From Paraspadella gotoi (lineage: Eukaryota > Animalia > Chaetognatha): 64,000 bases of DNA. The stretch spans positions 9,625,308 through 9,689,307 of the forward strand of contig CM119271.1 in assembly GCA_051294375.1 (NCBI GenBank). Direction: 5' to 3'. Positions 27,656-38,520 of the stretch are shown here, one piece after another. Every line of letters starts with the position of its first letter. Within the stretch, counting starts at the first letter, position 1. A program made the position numbers and the translations under genes. The notes beneath the pieces are model-generated. The model made no database searches, was not told the DNA's origin, and saw only the letters and a program-made list of their open reading frames with translations.

Positions 27656-29338
27656 CTCTCCCCCCCTCCCGCCCTACAGGCCCCCTCTTCACCTCCGCCT
27701 TCTCTCCGTCGAGGATCAACACCTCGTCATGTGCGACGCCCTCAACTTGCAGAGTCAACAGACGAGGAAGAGTCGATTCTCTTCCGTGCCGAGGTTTTTG
27801 TCGTTGTCGTCGTTTTGTTGTTGTTGTTGTTGCGGTTTTCGTGTCTTCATTTTCGTCGTCGTCGTCGTTATTGTTGGCGTTGTTTTTTTTGTTGTTGTTG
27901 TTGTTGTTGTCATCGTTATTGACGTTGTTGTTTTCGTTATTGTTGTCCAGCGTCGTTTGTTTGTTTGTTTGTTGTAATGGCATTTTGATTTCGACGTTGT
28001 TATTGTTGTCGTCGTCGTCCGTTATGTTGTTTTTAGTCTTGTGTCGTTAAATTTAGTTGTTTGTTGTCATACATCTTTTTTTTTTTGACATTGGCGTAGT
28101 TTATGTTGTTATTGGTTATGTTGTTGTTGTTACTGTTGTTTGCGTTATGAATGTTCTTGATGTTATCGATTAAGTCATTGTTCTTGTTGTGGAAATTATT
28201 CTTAAGAACAAATGTTTACCTCACGTATTCTTTAATTTTTGTTGTTGTTGTTGTTGTCGTTGTTGTTGTTGGTTGTCAGAGAGACGACGCAGCTGATTGG
28301 TTCGAATCGAAAGAAGGAAAAACCGTCGAGTTCGATCCTGAAGACTCGTTTCAGGTAGAGAGATTGACTGATTGATTGATTGATTGGATTGATTGATTGA
28401 TTGATTCATTGATTGATTTTATCGATTGATCTATTAGATAATTGAATGATTTTTTTTTTTATTGATGGAAGAATATACTGATCATTGATTGATTGCTTGA
28501 AAAATTGTTTAACCGAGTGATTTATTGATTGATTTATAACCAAATGAATCGTCTTTTTCCTGTTAAACCCTTTTCCCCCTCACTTTCCCGCTCCCACATC
28601 CGCATCCCATCCTCCCACCACCACCCACCCCTCAAGGACGCCCTCCAACGGTTCTCCCGCGTCTCGGGATTTCCCGTCGTCGGCGTCGACGTCGTCAGAA
28701 TCGACGACAAACATTTCGATCAAGAGAAACTGGAGGATCCCGGCTCCGTCCTGGGGTTTGGGGAGGGGGGGGTGTGTTGGAGGAGGGGAGAGGGAGGTGG
28801 AAAGGAGAGGGTGGGGGGAAAGCGCGGAGTTGCGGGAAGTGGGGTAGGAAAGAGGAGTAGACTTGACGCGGGATGTGGGTTGTCTGTTGACAGTTGCATG
28901 CTATGCTACTTTTCAATTTATTTTTTATTTCAATTTTTTTAAAAATTAAACTTTATTTATCTTATTAATTAATTAAATTAATTAATTAATTAAATTAATA
29001 ATTAATTTATTTATTATTCATTCATTCATTCATTCATTCATTCATTCATTCATTCATTCATTCATTTCATTTATTTATTTATTATTATTTATTTATTTAT
29101 TTATTTATTTATTATTTATTTATTATTTATTTATTATTTTTTTTATTAATTATTTATTTATTATTTTTTATTTATTATTTATTTATTTATTTATTTCTAT
29201 TTATTTATTTTTTTATTTATTTTTATTTATTTATTTATATATTTTAAATGATCCTGAAAATGAAATTGACCGGCTTCTTGTAATATTTGACATTTTCATA
29301 CGAGTTGATTTTTTTTCCTGTCGTTTTCCTGTCTATCA

Positions 29339-29392
<54 letters not shown>

Positions 29393-32300
29393 CTCTTCAC
29401 AGGAGCCTCGGGATTTTCCGTGAATCTCGTCTCACTTATCGACCTCGTCACTTTTTGAGTCTCGAACAAGAGTCGGGGACTCACATCCCGCTGCAGGGTG
29501 AGTTCGCGAGAGGGAAGTCAGTTCAAGCTGTTAGGCTATTAGGCTATAAGACTATTACATTAATAAAGTTTTTGATAAATGTAAAATGAAGAATATTACC
29601 GTGACATATATTATCACTCGTTTGGAGTGGCACTTATGATATTACTTTTATTAGCTCCTCAATGGTTGATGGAGCTCTTGAAACCCCACGGACTTTGGTT
29701 CTTATCCTTCGGAAAGATCATGACTTAATCTTAATCTGTCACTTAAATGATTTAATCTCGCTCAACTTTCGAGCCCGCGGGCCGGGGCCCCCTAATTGTG
29801 GGCATGGCGCGCACGTTATGAAATTGGGACAACCAATGTAAAATTATCCATTTCTTTAATAAATAAGTTATCTTGCCCAGGACTTGGGTCATGCTTTATC
29901 ATTTCACTATCCCCCCGTTCCGACCACCCACCACCCCTTTTCTCTCCCCCCCAAAACCCCCTCAACCACTCCGTCGCCCGCCCTCCACGCAAAGTCTCGG
30001 CGAGCGAGACCCTCCAACAGCTCAAGGAGCGCCTCTCCACTCGCTTCAACAACGAAACCTACAACAACGAGGCCACGACGACGATGCTTCATCGAGGAAC
30101 TACACTGACGACGGAATCGACGAAGCTCTCGAGGGAAGACGCCGTCAGGGACGTGGATTTGGTGAAGACGGAGAATTGGCCGGAGGATTGGCGTCACAGG
30201 ATGGTGTCCATCAAGTTCAAGGTTGTGGGGGAGGGGTCGGGTGGCCATGTTATCCAAAAGTGGCTCGTATTCGGATTTATGGTAGTTTTTTTGTTTTGTT
30301 TTAGAAATTAGGTCGGGTAATAATTAAATAGATTGAGATTAAATTAAATTAGGATTAAGTATTAGTGAAGAAAATAGTACGCCTCGCCAGCCTATAATTT
30401 TCCCTCTCTCTCTCTTTTTCGCACTTGAACTATCTGTGTCGCGTTCAGTCAATTTTTACCAGTTTTTTTTTTATAGTATGATTTTTATATTAAGAGAGAG
30501 ATGAAAGGAATCTTTAGTCCTAATCTTTAACTCATGACAAAACGTCTTTCGTGCTTCGAAATCCTGTTTTATGAGTTTCCGATGGATATTTTTTGATAAT
30601 AAAGTTTCTAAACACTACAAAATTCTTATTCTTCAAGAATCCCATGTTAAACAGTTCGAGCGGGAGACGTTTGGAAGATAGTAGCCATTAGCGTGAGAGT
30701 AAACAATCTCACAATTAAAGTTGTGGAATTGGTTTTATATTTTGTTAGCAATTAGGGTTAAGAATTCGTCTTAAAGTATTAGGTTACGTGTAAGAGATAA
30801 TTATTTAATATGATAATATAAAATTAAATTTCTCAATCTTATTTACATATTGCAGTATTAAATCTAAATTGGTCTATTATTATTTTGGATTTTAATATTA
30901 TATAATTATTTAGGTTAAGGGTTAAGAATAGAGATTAGGATGGAGTTAACTGGAAACATGAGACGTTGATATTGATGTCCGTCACGTGGCAAGTTAGGGT
31001 TGAAAATTAGGTTATCTAGTTAGTAAAGGATTATTATTAAATGATAGGTATAAAATCAACTTCAGGAACAGAACTGGGGGGTTTTTGGAAAATAGCGCCG
31101 ATAAATGGATGATTTTTTCAAATAATAAACAAATGATGTTTGGGAAATACGCATAGTTTATCAATACATTCTATTCCTGAACTAAATATCATAATTTCTA
31201 ATCATTTAGTAAGAAATAATGTTATTTTCAAATTATCCTTTCCATGATGTTAAATCTTCTGCCCCAAGATTGCAGCCCGTTCTCTCTTTGGCTCCAAGAA
31301 AGACGCGACAAAGATGAGCAAACCCAAGATCGTCGACAATCTGCAATGGATCGCGGAGACGTATTGCAAAGACGGGGAACATGTCGAGGTTGGAGGAATG
31401 TCGTTTGAGAGTTGATGCTGACTTTGTTTGACATGACTTGACATTTGACAACTATAAGATAAACGATACGTTTTGTGTATCGCTTGACTATTGATGTAAT
31501 AGAAGAGAAATGATAATATACCTAGAATAAATAAAATAGACTAGATTAGCCTGGAATGGAATGGAATGGAATGGAATAGAATAAAATAGAATAGAATAGA
31601 ATAGAATAGAATATTATCTTTTGGCAATAAAAAATGTTTTCCTTTTTTTAAATTAACCGGTTGTTAATATTTCTTGAATACGGCTACAGACAGATTGAAG
31701 CGATCACTATCACTATCACAATGACTATCACTGGTTCCATATTCTTATTCCACAGCTTTTCCTCTATTGCGGCGGCGAAGCTCACGGAATGAATTTCCTT
31801 GGAAACAACAACAGAGAATCCGATTGGAAAGCTTTGGTTCACGTGGCTCAGTTCAAGATCAAAAATTGGCTTACTGGTGAAATTATGGGGACCAATCAAA
31901 AAAGGATCAAACGAACGATCAAACAATCAATTCAATCCATTAATAAGTTAATCATTCAATCAATAAAGTACTCGCTTAATCAAACAATACTATAAATAAA
32001 ATAAGAATCTTTTTTGTGCGCCCTTATATTTCATTTTCGGCGACCTCAGATCATTTTCGTCGCCTTCAGTTCGCTATTTTGACTCCGGGTCTTCGGGCTC
32101 TATGGGTTCCTCGTCTCATCATTTACTGTCTCACGAGACAGAGTGAATCTCATCTTTCCGTCATCTTTTCCATCTTTACCTCATCTCGCGCCCTTTTTAG
32201 TTGCGCCGCGAGTACTCGCGGAGCAGCTCTATAAGTCACTTTTCGGTCGGTCCGTCGGTATGTCTAACCGTCGGTCTGTCACACTTAAGTTAAAAATGCA

Positions 32301-33013
32301 TATATATCTAAGGGACTGCTAGCGCCGCCTTCAGGAAATCCTAAAACTATAAGGAATAAATGTGATCAAAAGGAAATACATGTGATAATAAAGGCACTGC
32401 GGCGCAACACATTGGAATTCCCGTTCTTGTTTTTTCTCTCAATCATTTAGCCTTCCTTCTTTTAAACTAGTTCGTTTGTTGACTATCATTTTATCCTCTT
32501 TGCACTGATCCTTTTCTTCCTTAATCAAGTTGAAACTCAATAATATAAGACGTTTTTCAGGCTGTCTGTCTGTCTGTCTGTCTGTATGACAGCCAGGTCA
32601 GTTTGAGCCAAAGAAATAAAGAATAAAAGAACAATGCAATGCAATGCAATGCAACTCGATTAGCCACCGGGTGGCGACTGAAGATCTCACGCTTATAGAC
32701 GGGGTGAACTTAAAGCAATGCCCGACTACAGACCCAACATTATTTGTCACGCTCCGTCCTTGCCACGCTCCCTTCCTTGCCACGCCCTTCTCCTGGCCAC
32801 GTCCCCTTCTTTGCCACGCCCCATTCCTTGCCACGCCCCCTTCCTTGCCACGCCCCCTTCCTTGACACGACCAACGCTACTCAGGGGACTCCGAAATGCG
32901 ACGCGGTTGGCAGTCGACGGCCGAATTCACTCCGAGGGGAAAGTGTAAATGGGGCTACACGAAATTCATCAAAGTATCGAAACTACAGGAGAGGGCTAAA
33001 GTGAGCGGGATTG

Positions 33014-33084
<71 letters not shown>

Positions 33085-33421
33085 ATAATCGATGATGATT
33101 ATTGAGGATGATAATTGATAATGATTGATGATGATGATGATGATGATGATGATTGATAATTAAATGATGATTTATGATGATTATTATCATTGTTGATGAT
33201 GCTAGCGATTAGGATGAAGATGATAACGGTTTAAGAAATTGAATTAACGATTTATAATAACAAGCAAATAAAAAACAACAAAAGTTATGCAACACGAAAC
33301 AACAGCAACCGCACAAAACAAGTTTCCTGATTTGTTTTCCCTTCAGGACTACGTGACCGACCACGGACAGCTTCAGTTCGAGATCGATTTCGTCCCCGAA
33401 AGAATTCAGTCCTGGTTTTAA
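14717..33421 (+). CDS. BTB-BACK-(ubiquitin-like)x2-MATH protein, putative Cullin-3 substrate adaptor, 16 exons, ~618 aa
   Basis: Exons 14717-14825, 15419-15534, 24928-24994, 25320-25450, 25972-26124, 26396-26496, 27153-27273, 27680-27793, ~28282-28354, 28637-28755, 29403-29497, 29995-30221, 31269-31388, 31756-31876, 32885-33000, 33347-33421. BTB: LADTELRV..ILVHSIVLSSRSQVME..LHDFVDILY..NVLGLVQCCKQFGM. BACK: ISIDILSLIFTLDPLPVSEEELVDF..W..LLELVRFPTL. UBL: SGTHIPLQVSASETLQQLKERL..MLHRGTTL. MATH: SKPKIVDNLQW..VELFLYC..SDW..FKIKNW..WGYTKFI..YVTDHGQLQFEIDF. The model needs a GC donor (26125), a GG donor (26497), a 1-nt homopolymer correction at ~27681 and an uncertain acceptor at 28279-28281. Confidence 0.85.
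15935..16896 (+). mobile_element. Non-autonomous Helentron/DINE-1-like element (HINE), family A copy 1
   Basis: Sits in a T-run. 5' subterminal IR with adjacent partner GTCGGATCTGC-TTATCA-GCAGATTCCGAC, (GTCC/GTCT)n tract, 3' subTIR CAGATCCGAC, then a mini-hairpin GTTTG-CT-CAAAC and a T-run. This is the DINE-1/HINE layout. Confidence 0.7.
17050..17115 (+). repeat. Short dispersed repeat (~65 bp), also at ~6757-6821 and ~29826-29890
   Basis: GGACAACCAATATAAAAATTATCCATTCATTTAATAAATAAGCTATCTTGCC.CTGACTTTGGACA is shared by three loci, probably a TE terminus. Confidence 0.75.
17315..17790 (+). repeat. Dispersed repeat, homologous to 8040-8500 (and mirror copy ~4200-4585)
   Basis: Shared blocks TTTCAGTGTTTACACATAG, TTCCACACTCTCTCTAT, GTATATATCAGAAAAAGGTATTTTATCAAGATTG, (GA)n and GGCTACATTGTGC. 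Confidence 0.75.
18464..20283 (+). mobile_element. HINE/DINE-1-like element, family A copy 2 (with internal insertion and expanded internal tandem subrepeats)
   Basis: Same 5' end (TTTTTAGTCGGATCTGCTTATCAGCAGATCCCGACTCTATAATTCAC) and same 3' end (GCAGATACGACATTGTTTGCTCAAACTTG) as 15935-16896. (GTCT)n at 19161-19200. About 5 internal subrepeats end in GAGTTTAAATG(G/A)AAAAA. Confidence 0.7.
20753..20882. repeat. ~130-bp imperfect hairpin (small MITE-like inverted repeat)
   Basis: TTGGTAGC..GTTAATACATAACTTTT.ATCAGCGCTGTAATT pairs with AATTATAGCGCTGATGAAGTTATGTACTAAC..GTTACCAA. Arms are ~50 bp and the loop ~30 nt. Confidence 0.7.
21441..23163. mobile_element. Non-autonomous foldback/MITE-like DNA transposon with ~550-bp imperfect TIRs and TA flanks
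   Basis: Ends are TA|GACCTCCCA...TGGGAGCTC|TA. The arms match over hundreds of bp (e.g. CTGATACCTGCAAAGTTTCTT vs AAGAAACTTTGCAGGTATCAG; GCTGTTATTCAGCCAGCATACTTAAATTAATCAAAATAAA vs its reverse complement at ~22935-22975). The core is rich in TAACCC/AACCTT hexamers and has no transposase ORF. Confidence 0.85.
23232..23832. mobile_element. Possible short-TIR non-autonomous DNA element
   Basis: Perfect 11-bp inverted termini TAGTAAGGCGG ... CCGCCTTACTA enclose an AT-rich core. No clear target-site duplication. Confidence 0.35.
25417..25630 (+). repeat. 50-bp tandem repeat (4+ copies) spanning the exon-4 3' end and donor of the BTB gene
   Basis: Units start at 25417, 25467, 25517 and 25567 with consensus CTTGGTGCAG(T/C)G..CAAGCAGTT.GGGATGCAG(G/A)TG. 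Confidence 0.85.
25683..25870 (+). mobile_element. HINE/DINE-1-like element, family B, truncated copy
   Basis: Starts TTTTTAGTTGCGCCGCGAGTACTCG, has a (GTCG/GTCC) tract, and shares GACT.CTAGCGCCGCCTTCAGGAAATCCTAAAA with the copy at 32194. Confidence 0.55.
27051..27125 (+). repeat. 25-bp tandem repeat x3 (CTCCTCCCCGCCACCTGCTCGCCAC) upstream of a splice acceptor
   Basis: Three consecutive near-identical units at 27051, 27076 and 27101. Confidence 0.9.
32194..32432 (+). mobile_element. HINE/DINE-1-like element, family B
   Basis: T-run, then GTTGCGCCGC with an adjacent inverted partner (GCGAGTACTCGCGGAGCAGC), a GTCGGTCC tract and 3' subTIR GCGGCGCAAC (~32399-32408), ending in a T-run. Confidence 0.6.
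32758..32870 (+). repeat. 17-bp tandem repeat (~7x CCTTGCCACGCCCCCTT) upstream of a splice acceptor; second copy at ~59394-59505
   Basis: Directly visible periodic units. They give rise to the LATPP/CHAP pseudo-ORFs. Confidence 0.88.
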
Positions 33422-34784
33422 AATCCAGAGAGAGTTGAAAGTGTTACGTGAAAGGGTTCGTTGAAATGAAAGACTTTTTTGAACTAAAAAGCTTAAGAAA
33501 TAAACGAAGTCTCTTATTGAACGATATATCATATTTTGAATTNNNNNNNNNNNNNNNNNNNNNNNNNATGAGCAGCTGACATTCTTTTTGTTGAGAGAGA
33601 GTTTATTATAACTTCTTCTTTTTCGGTCTCGCAAAACAAGGACCACCATATGTGACCACATTTATGGAGAATGTAGATCCACATGATTTGTTAACCTCAT
33701 TTTACGTTTTACAAGGCCCAAAAAGAAAATAGACGAAGTTTTCGTTGTTTGGGGGAGAAGAGGGGGAGGGCAAGTTAGAGTAGAGGAGGCAGAGGAGAGA
33801 GAGAGAGAGAGAGAGAAAGAAGAGAGACGAGAGAGAGAGAGAGACGCAGAGAGAGCAGAGAGAGAGAGAGAGAGGAAATCCGATAAGCTCTGTGAAAAGT
33901 AGCGAAAAAACAGTCACGAGCCTGAGAAGAACTTTTTCTTTTCGGGGGTAGGATATTTGTAGGAGATCAATCACACAAAGACACTTCAGAACCCAGGAAA
34001 GTTTGTGTCCAGTGATGCAAGGCAGCGTGAGAGAGAAGAGCAGGAGAGAGGAGAGCGAGATGGAGAGAGAGAGAGAGAAGAGAGAAGAGAGACGAGAGCA
34101 GAGAGACCATCAGGGAATACAAGTTTAAAGAACGAACGCTGGGCTTGTATGCGACGACGACGACGAGAGACGACGACGACGACTGTGCCGAATCGGAGAG
34201 ACCACTGGGAACCGAGCGGCGAGAATAGAATACACGTGGATTGATGAGAAGAAGAACAAAAGGAACAAAGGGAAGAAGAGAGAAAGGAAAAAGAGAAGAG
34301 AGAAAAACAAAAAGGAACAAAAAGAGAAGATGAACCCATTTGGGACGGGGGGAAAGTAGGAGAAATAAAGGAAGAAAATAGAAAAATAGAAAGAAGAAGA
34401 AGAAATAGAGAGAGAAATTTAGTAAAAGGAAAAGAGAATTCAGGAGAAAAATTGATCTGGGGGAAAAAAAAAAGACAAAGAAGAAACAGAGAGACAAAAC
34501 AACCAAAGTAGAATTTAAAGGGGAAAACGACAAAGAAAAAAAAACAAAGAAAATAAAGAAAGAAATAACATTGAACAGGAAGAAAAAAATGAGAAGTAAA
34601 AAAACCGGAGAAGAAGAGACGAGAAGAAGAGAAGAGAGAGGACGAGAAAGAGAAGCAATGTAGAAGAAAAGAAGCGGCCCCGTTTTCTGAATACGGCCGC
34701 CATAGAAGTGTCTTAGTGGAGTCTTGGACGCTGGCACTGAAAACGGTTGGCCTGTTAAGCATCGAGAGAGAGAGAGAGAGAGAA

Positions 34785-34799
<15 letters not shown>

Positions 34800-34830
<31 letters not shown>

Positions 34831-37800
34831 AGAGAGAGAGAGAGAGTCTACGAGCTAATAAAGACGCTAAGAAAGAATCCGCGATTTTAATAGACGCGGT
34901 TTAAATCAAGGAGGAATCGAGGAGTTGCGCCGCATGTCGATAGAGGGACTAAGGTTTGGAGGGCAAGGGTGACAGAGGTTTGATGATGATGATGATGAAT
35001 GATGAATGATAGATGATGACATTGATGAGTGATGATGATGATGATGGTGTGAAAGAAGATGACCGCAAAGCAGTCGGAAGACAACGACGACCCGAAGAGG
35101 ACTGATGAAGAAAACTGCAAGCAATGCGACGGAACAGTATTATGTCAAGTCCAAGTCCCAAGTCTCAAGTCAGTCCCATAGCAGATACGCACAAGTTATA
35201 CCAGAGATCGCAGTATGTGTTAAGCTTCAAATTCGCCGAGACGGCGAGATGGGAACAGGAACTGAAAGCTTCACGGTTACTGCTGATTTGCCATTACGCG
35301 AGCGGATTCGATCGATTGACGATGACGCGGACTTAATACAATGTCGCGCTGGAGAGTATTTTACGTATGCAATAATGAAATAACGGTGACGACGACGGAG
35401 ACCAGAATGACTACGCTGAGAACTAGGATGACAATATACGATCAGGTATCTTCAAATGTAGCATAAGAAGGGATACATAGTGCGTTTTCGCATACGGAGC
35501 AGTACGACTATAATAGACTCGTAGCGCATAAATAGCACGAGTCAAGAAACACCGCAAACGCACGCACGAACCGAGATTGATATATATATAACGAAAGTGA
35601 CCGAGATTGACACGGCGTGTGGTCGAAGACTGGATCACTCCAAGTGACATGACGACAAAATTAGAGCATGGATTGGACCGTCTGACTGAGAGACCGGATA
35701 AAGCACAGCGGAGCGTGAAGAGACGCGACGAACGGACGAATCGAGCGGTACGACGAACGCTAGGACGAGCGCATCTGAATTGCTGAGCTACAGGTCGACC
35801 CCCATCTTGCGGTCCCGAACGGACGGAGCTGTGAGGCTACTGCTCTTGCGTTCAGTTAGGTCCAGGCACTGATGTCTATGCCTGGCGTCGAATTGTAATT
35901 GGGCAGTCGCTCGAGAGTTAAGCCTCGTTCAGTTGGCCTCCGTCATCTCTCTCTCCTCCTGCGCCATTCTCCTCTTTCTTCGACCAATTGGGCGGGGATT
36001 TGTTGTCTCACGATCGCTGACTTCATAGCTGTCTCGACAGTGGCGATCGTCCCTCCTCCAATTGGGTCTCTCGCTCGGTTGCCGGGCCCCAAGGGTCTGG
36101 CTTCACCAGAGCGTGCGCGTCGCGCGTCAGGACGTGCGGTCTGGATCAGGGCTGCGGTTCCAGCTGCCGAGGACCGAGACTTTCCAACGAACTAGGAGAG
36201 TCGTGAGTTTGACGAAATCTGGTACACCGGTTGTTAGCAAAAAAAAAAAGACACCGCGCAGATACTCAATATCTGTTCGAAGGAAAAGGGCGACGAGTTT
36301 GGACGTAGTATTCATCTTAGACTCAGGCTGTGACCGGAGAAATTAGAAATTGAGAAATTCGCCTGAAAAACGAAACGGAGTAGTCAGTGCATGGAGAGCA
36401 TAGAAGCCGCTATTGCTACATGCTACCATAATCAAATATAAGATAGATACTGCAGCATCCTTTGATGGTTATCCAATGAATAGATATAAATCAGATATGC
36501 TATGGTAATTAAGACTTCGCAACAATTGCAGAGTCTGCATGTTCGGGTTTTTGATGCCAGGTTCGACTGAGAGGTTTTTTTGTTCAAATTTGGCATTTAT
36601 TAAATGTTGTACTAAACATTGTTTAGATATTTGATTAAACATTGTGTTTATGCAAGACTGCTTCTCTTTGCCCCTTTCATCTTTTGCACTTCTGTTCTCT
36701 AGTGTTATTGCACTCCGCTAACAATTTCACTTACCCTGCTTCACTTACCTCACTTCATTCACTCCTTCACTGACTCACTTCATTCAGTCATCACATCCCT
36801 TACTTCATTTTCATCACTTCACGACCCCACTTCACTTATCTTCTTCCCAGCTGCTTCTCAGCTCTTCACCCCTCCTTTCAATCTCTCCTCACTTTTCTTT
36901 TTTTGGTGCATGTTTATTTTCACGCTGACTGCGTCGAAATCATCGTCGTCCGTCGTCGTCGTCGTCGGAAACCGATGAAGAACGTCCTTTTCACGTTTGG
37001 TAGTTTGTTCTGTCGTCGTCGTTCGTCGCGTCATCTTTCTTTCTGCCCGATGCAGGTTGAAATAAAATCCGCCCGTGTGAAATATATAACGGAACCTCCT
37101 CCGTTCACAGTCGCACATCGATTCCTCACAGGCGTTTTCTTCATAGTCGGTTTTAGTGATTCGCCGCTCCGTGAAAACCGGTTAACAAAAACAAAAAAAA
37201 ACTGATTAAATTAGTCAATTGTTTTTTTAGGAATTTGTTTCCCGTTTAGTCGTGTCGCTTGTTGTTTTGCCCATCTCCCTGTTTGGCCGCAAGATGAAAA
37301 AATCCATCGAAGGGTATGGCGACTCTGTTATTGCTTCAGCGAATTGAAGCCATCCCCCGGCGGTCGAGCGGTCTGGCATGGGGGGCGGCAAGGGGGCGGC
37401 AGGGTACGGCGAGGGGACAGGGTTAGGGGGCGTCGTGCGGCGGAATCCCCGACTCTCGCGAACAGAAGGTTTTTTAACTTCGAATTCTTTGGATTTTATT
37501 AGAAGAAAATTAGTACTCCGATGATCTTTTATTTTTTGGAGGGGGGAGCAAAGGGGGCAAGAGGGGGGGTTGTGGGTTGAAAGGCAAACTTTTTGTCTTC
37601 GGTTTTGGTTTTTTTTCTTTTTTTTGTTTGTGGGCATCTTTTTTTCTCGTTTCGTTCTTTCTTTCTTATCCTTTCCTTTTCTTTGTTATTTTCTGTAATT
37701 TTTTCTCAAAGTAAATTCTTGCATTCTCTCTCTTTCTTTCTTTCTTGATGTCTGGTTTCCTTTTTTTTTAATCTTAGTCCTTTCTTCTCTTCTTCTTCTT

Positions 37801-38520
37801 TCCTTTCCTTTCTTTTATTCTATTTCTTCTCTTTCTTTCTTTTTCTTTGTTTTCTTTCTTTTTTTTTATTGACATTGCCCCTTTTTGTCTTACTCGTCAT
37901 TATCTTTATCCTTATAATTTTTTCTTTCTCGTTTTTTCCTCTAAAAATTTCACCGGGTACAAAAAAAAAAAAACGCCATAATTGTAGTAAGAAAACCAGA
38001 TCATTCACCAGGATACTTCACCGCTGTAGAAGACATTAGTGTGGGGTGAAAGGCCACTAGAGTCAAATCGACACCAATACTTCTCGTACTCACCGGTTCA
38101 GTTAATTGCCACACCATGTCAGAGCCAATCGTCCTGCGATACACCCTCAAACTTGTTATGACTCTGTCATACCTCGATATCTTATTCAATTCTTTATCTC
38201 CGTCAACCTTTCCCACCGCAGGCTTGTAGTTATAACTATAGTGTTTCATAACATTGCGGTAACGTTAGAGAAAACCCCATACAAAAATTATCCATTCATC
38301 TCCAATATAGAATTTTTTTTTTGCCCTGAATGTTGGACTGTGGCCTGGAGGTGGGCCTCACGTGACTATTAGCGACACCTAGCAAATACGATAGCATCGG
38401 AACCAAGCATAGATGGTCGCAATGGCTCATCACATTCTCCCAGTCTGCCAAGTCAGACAGTCCCATTCTACTTCGCAACTCGTCGCTGTCCCTTAAAGAA
38501 TTTCCGTTGGTCAGTCTCGG
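34800..38520 (-). repeat. Highly degraded inverted copy of the 46200-48300 / 51044-52080 / 61600-64000 region
   Basis: 34845-35000 is the reverse complement of 58936-59090 and 51840-52030. 36880-37520 is the reverse complement of 62320-62950. 37960-38010 is the reverse complement of 46565-46615. Confidence 0.8.

Noticed and set aside
30638-30731. Possible extra exon (NPMLNSSS..WKIVAISVRVNNLTIK)
   Set aside because: It needs a frameshift, and direct splicing 30221>31269 already gives a continuous first MATH strand (MVSIKFK|IAARSLF).
31756-31776. HVELFLYCGG looked like a ubiquitin/SUMO di-glycine C-terminus
   Set aside because: In context it is the 'FL.C' strand of the MATH domain (compare USP7 VGFFLQCN), followed by the expected W and WG(Y/F) motifs.
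32989-32994. Apparent GA donor (CAG|GAGAGG) in the MATH exon
   Set aside because: An in-phase canonical donor AAA|GTGAGC lies 12 nt downstream at 33001 and gives a better MATH alignment.
33967-34762. Longest ORFs in the track (256-258 aa, Phe/Leu/Ser-rich)
   Set aside because: Translations of low-complexity A/G-rich sequence with no stops by composition. The same applies to the (GA)n/(CT)n ERER/LSLS ORFs throughout.
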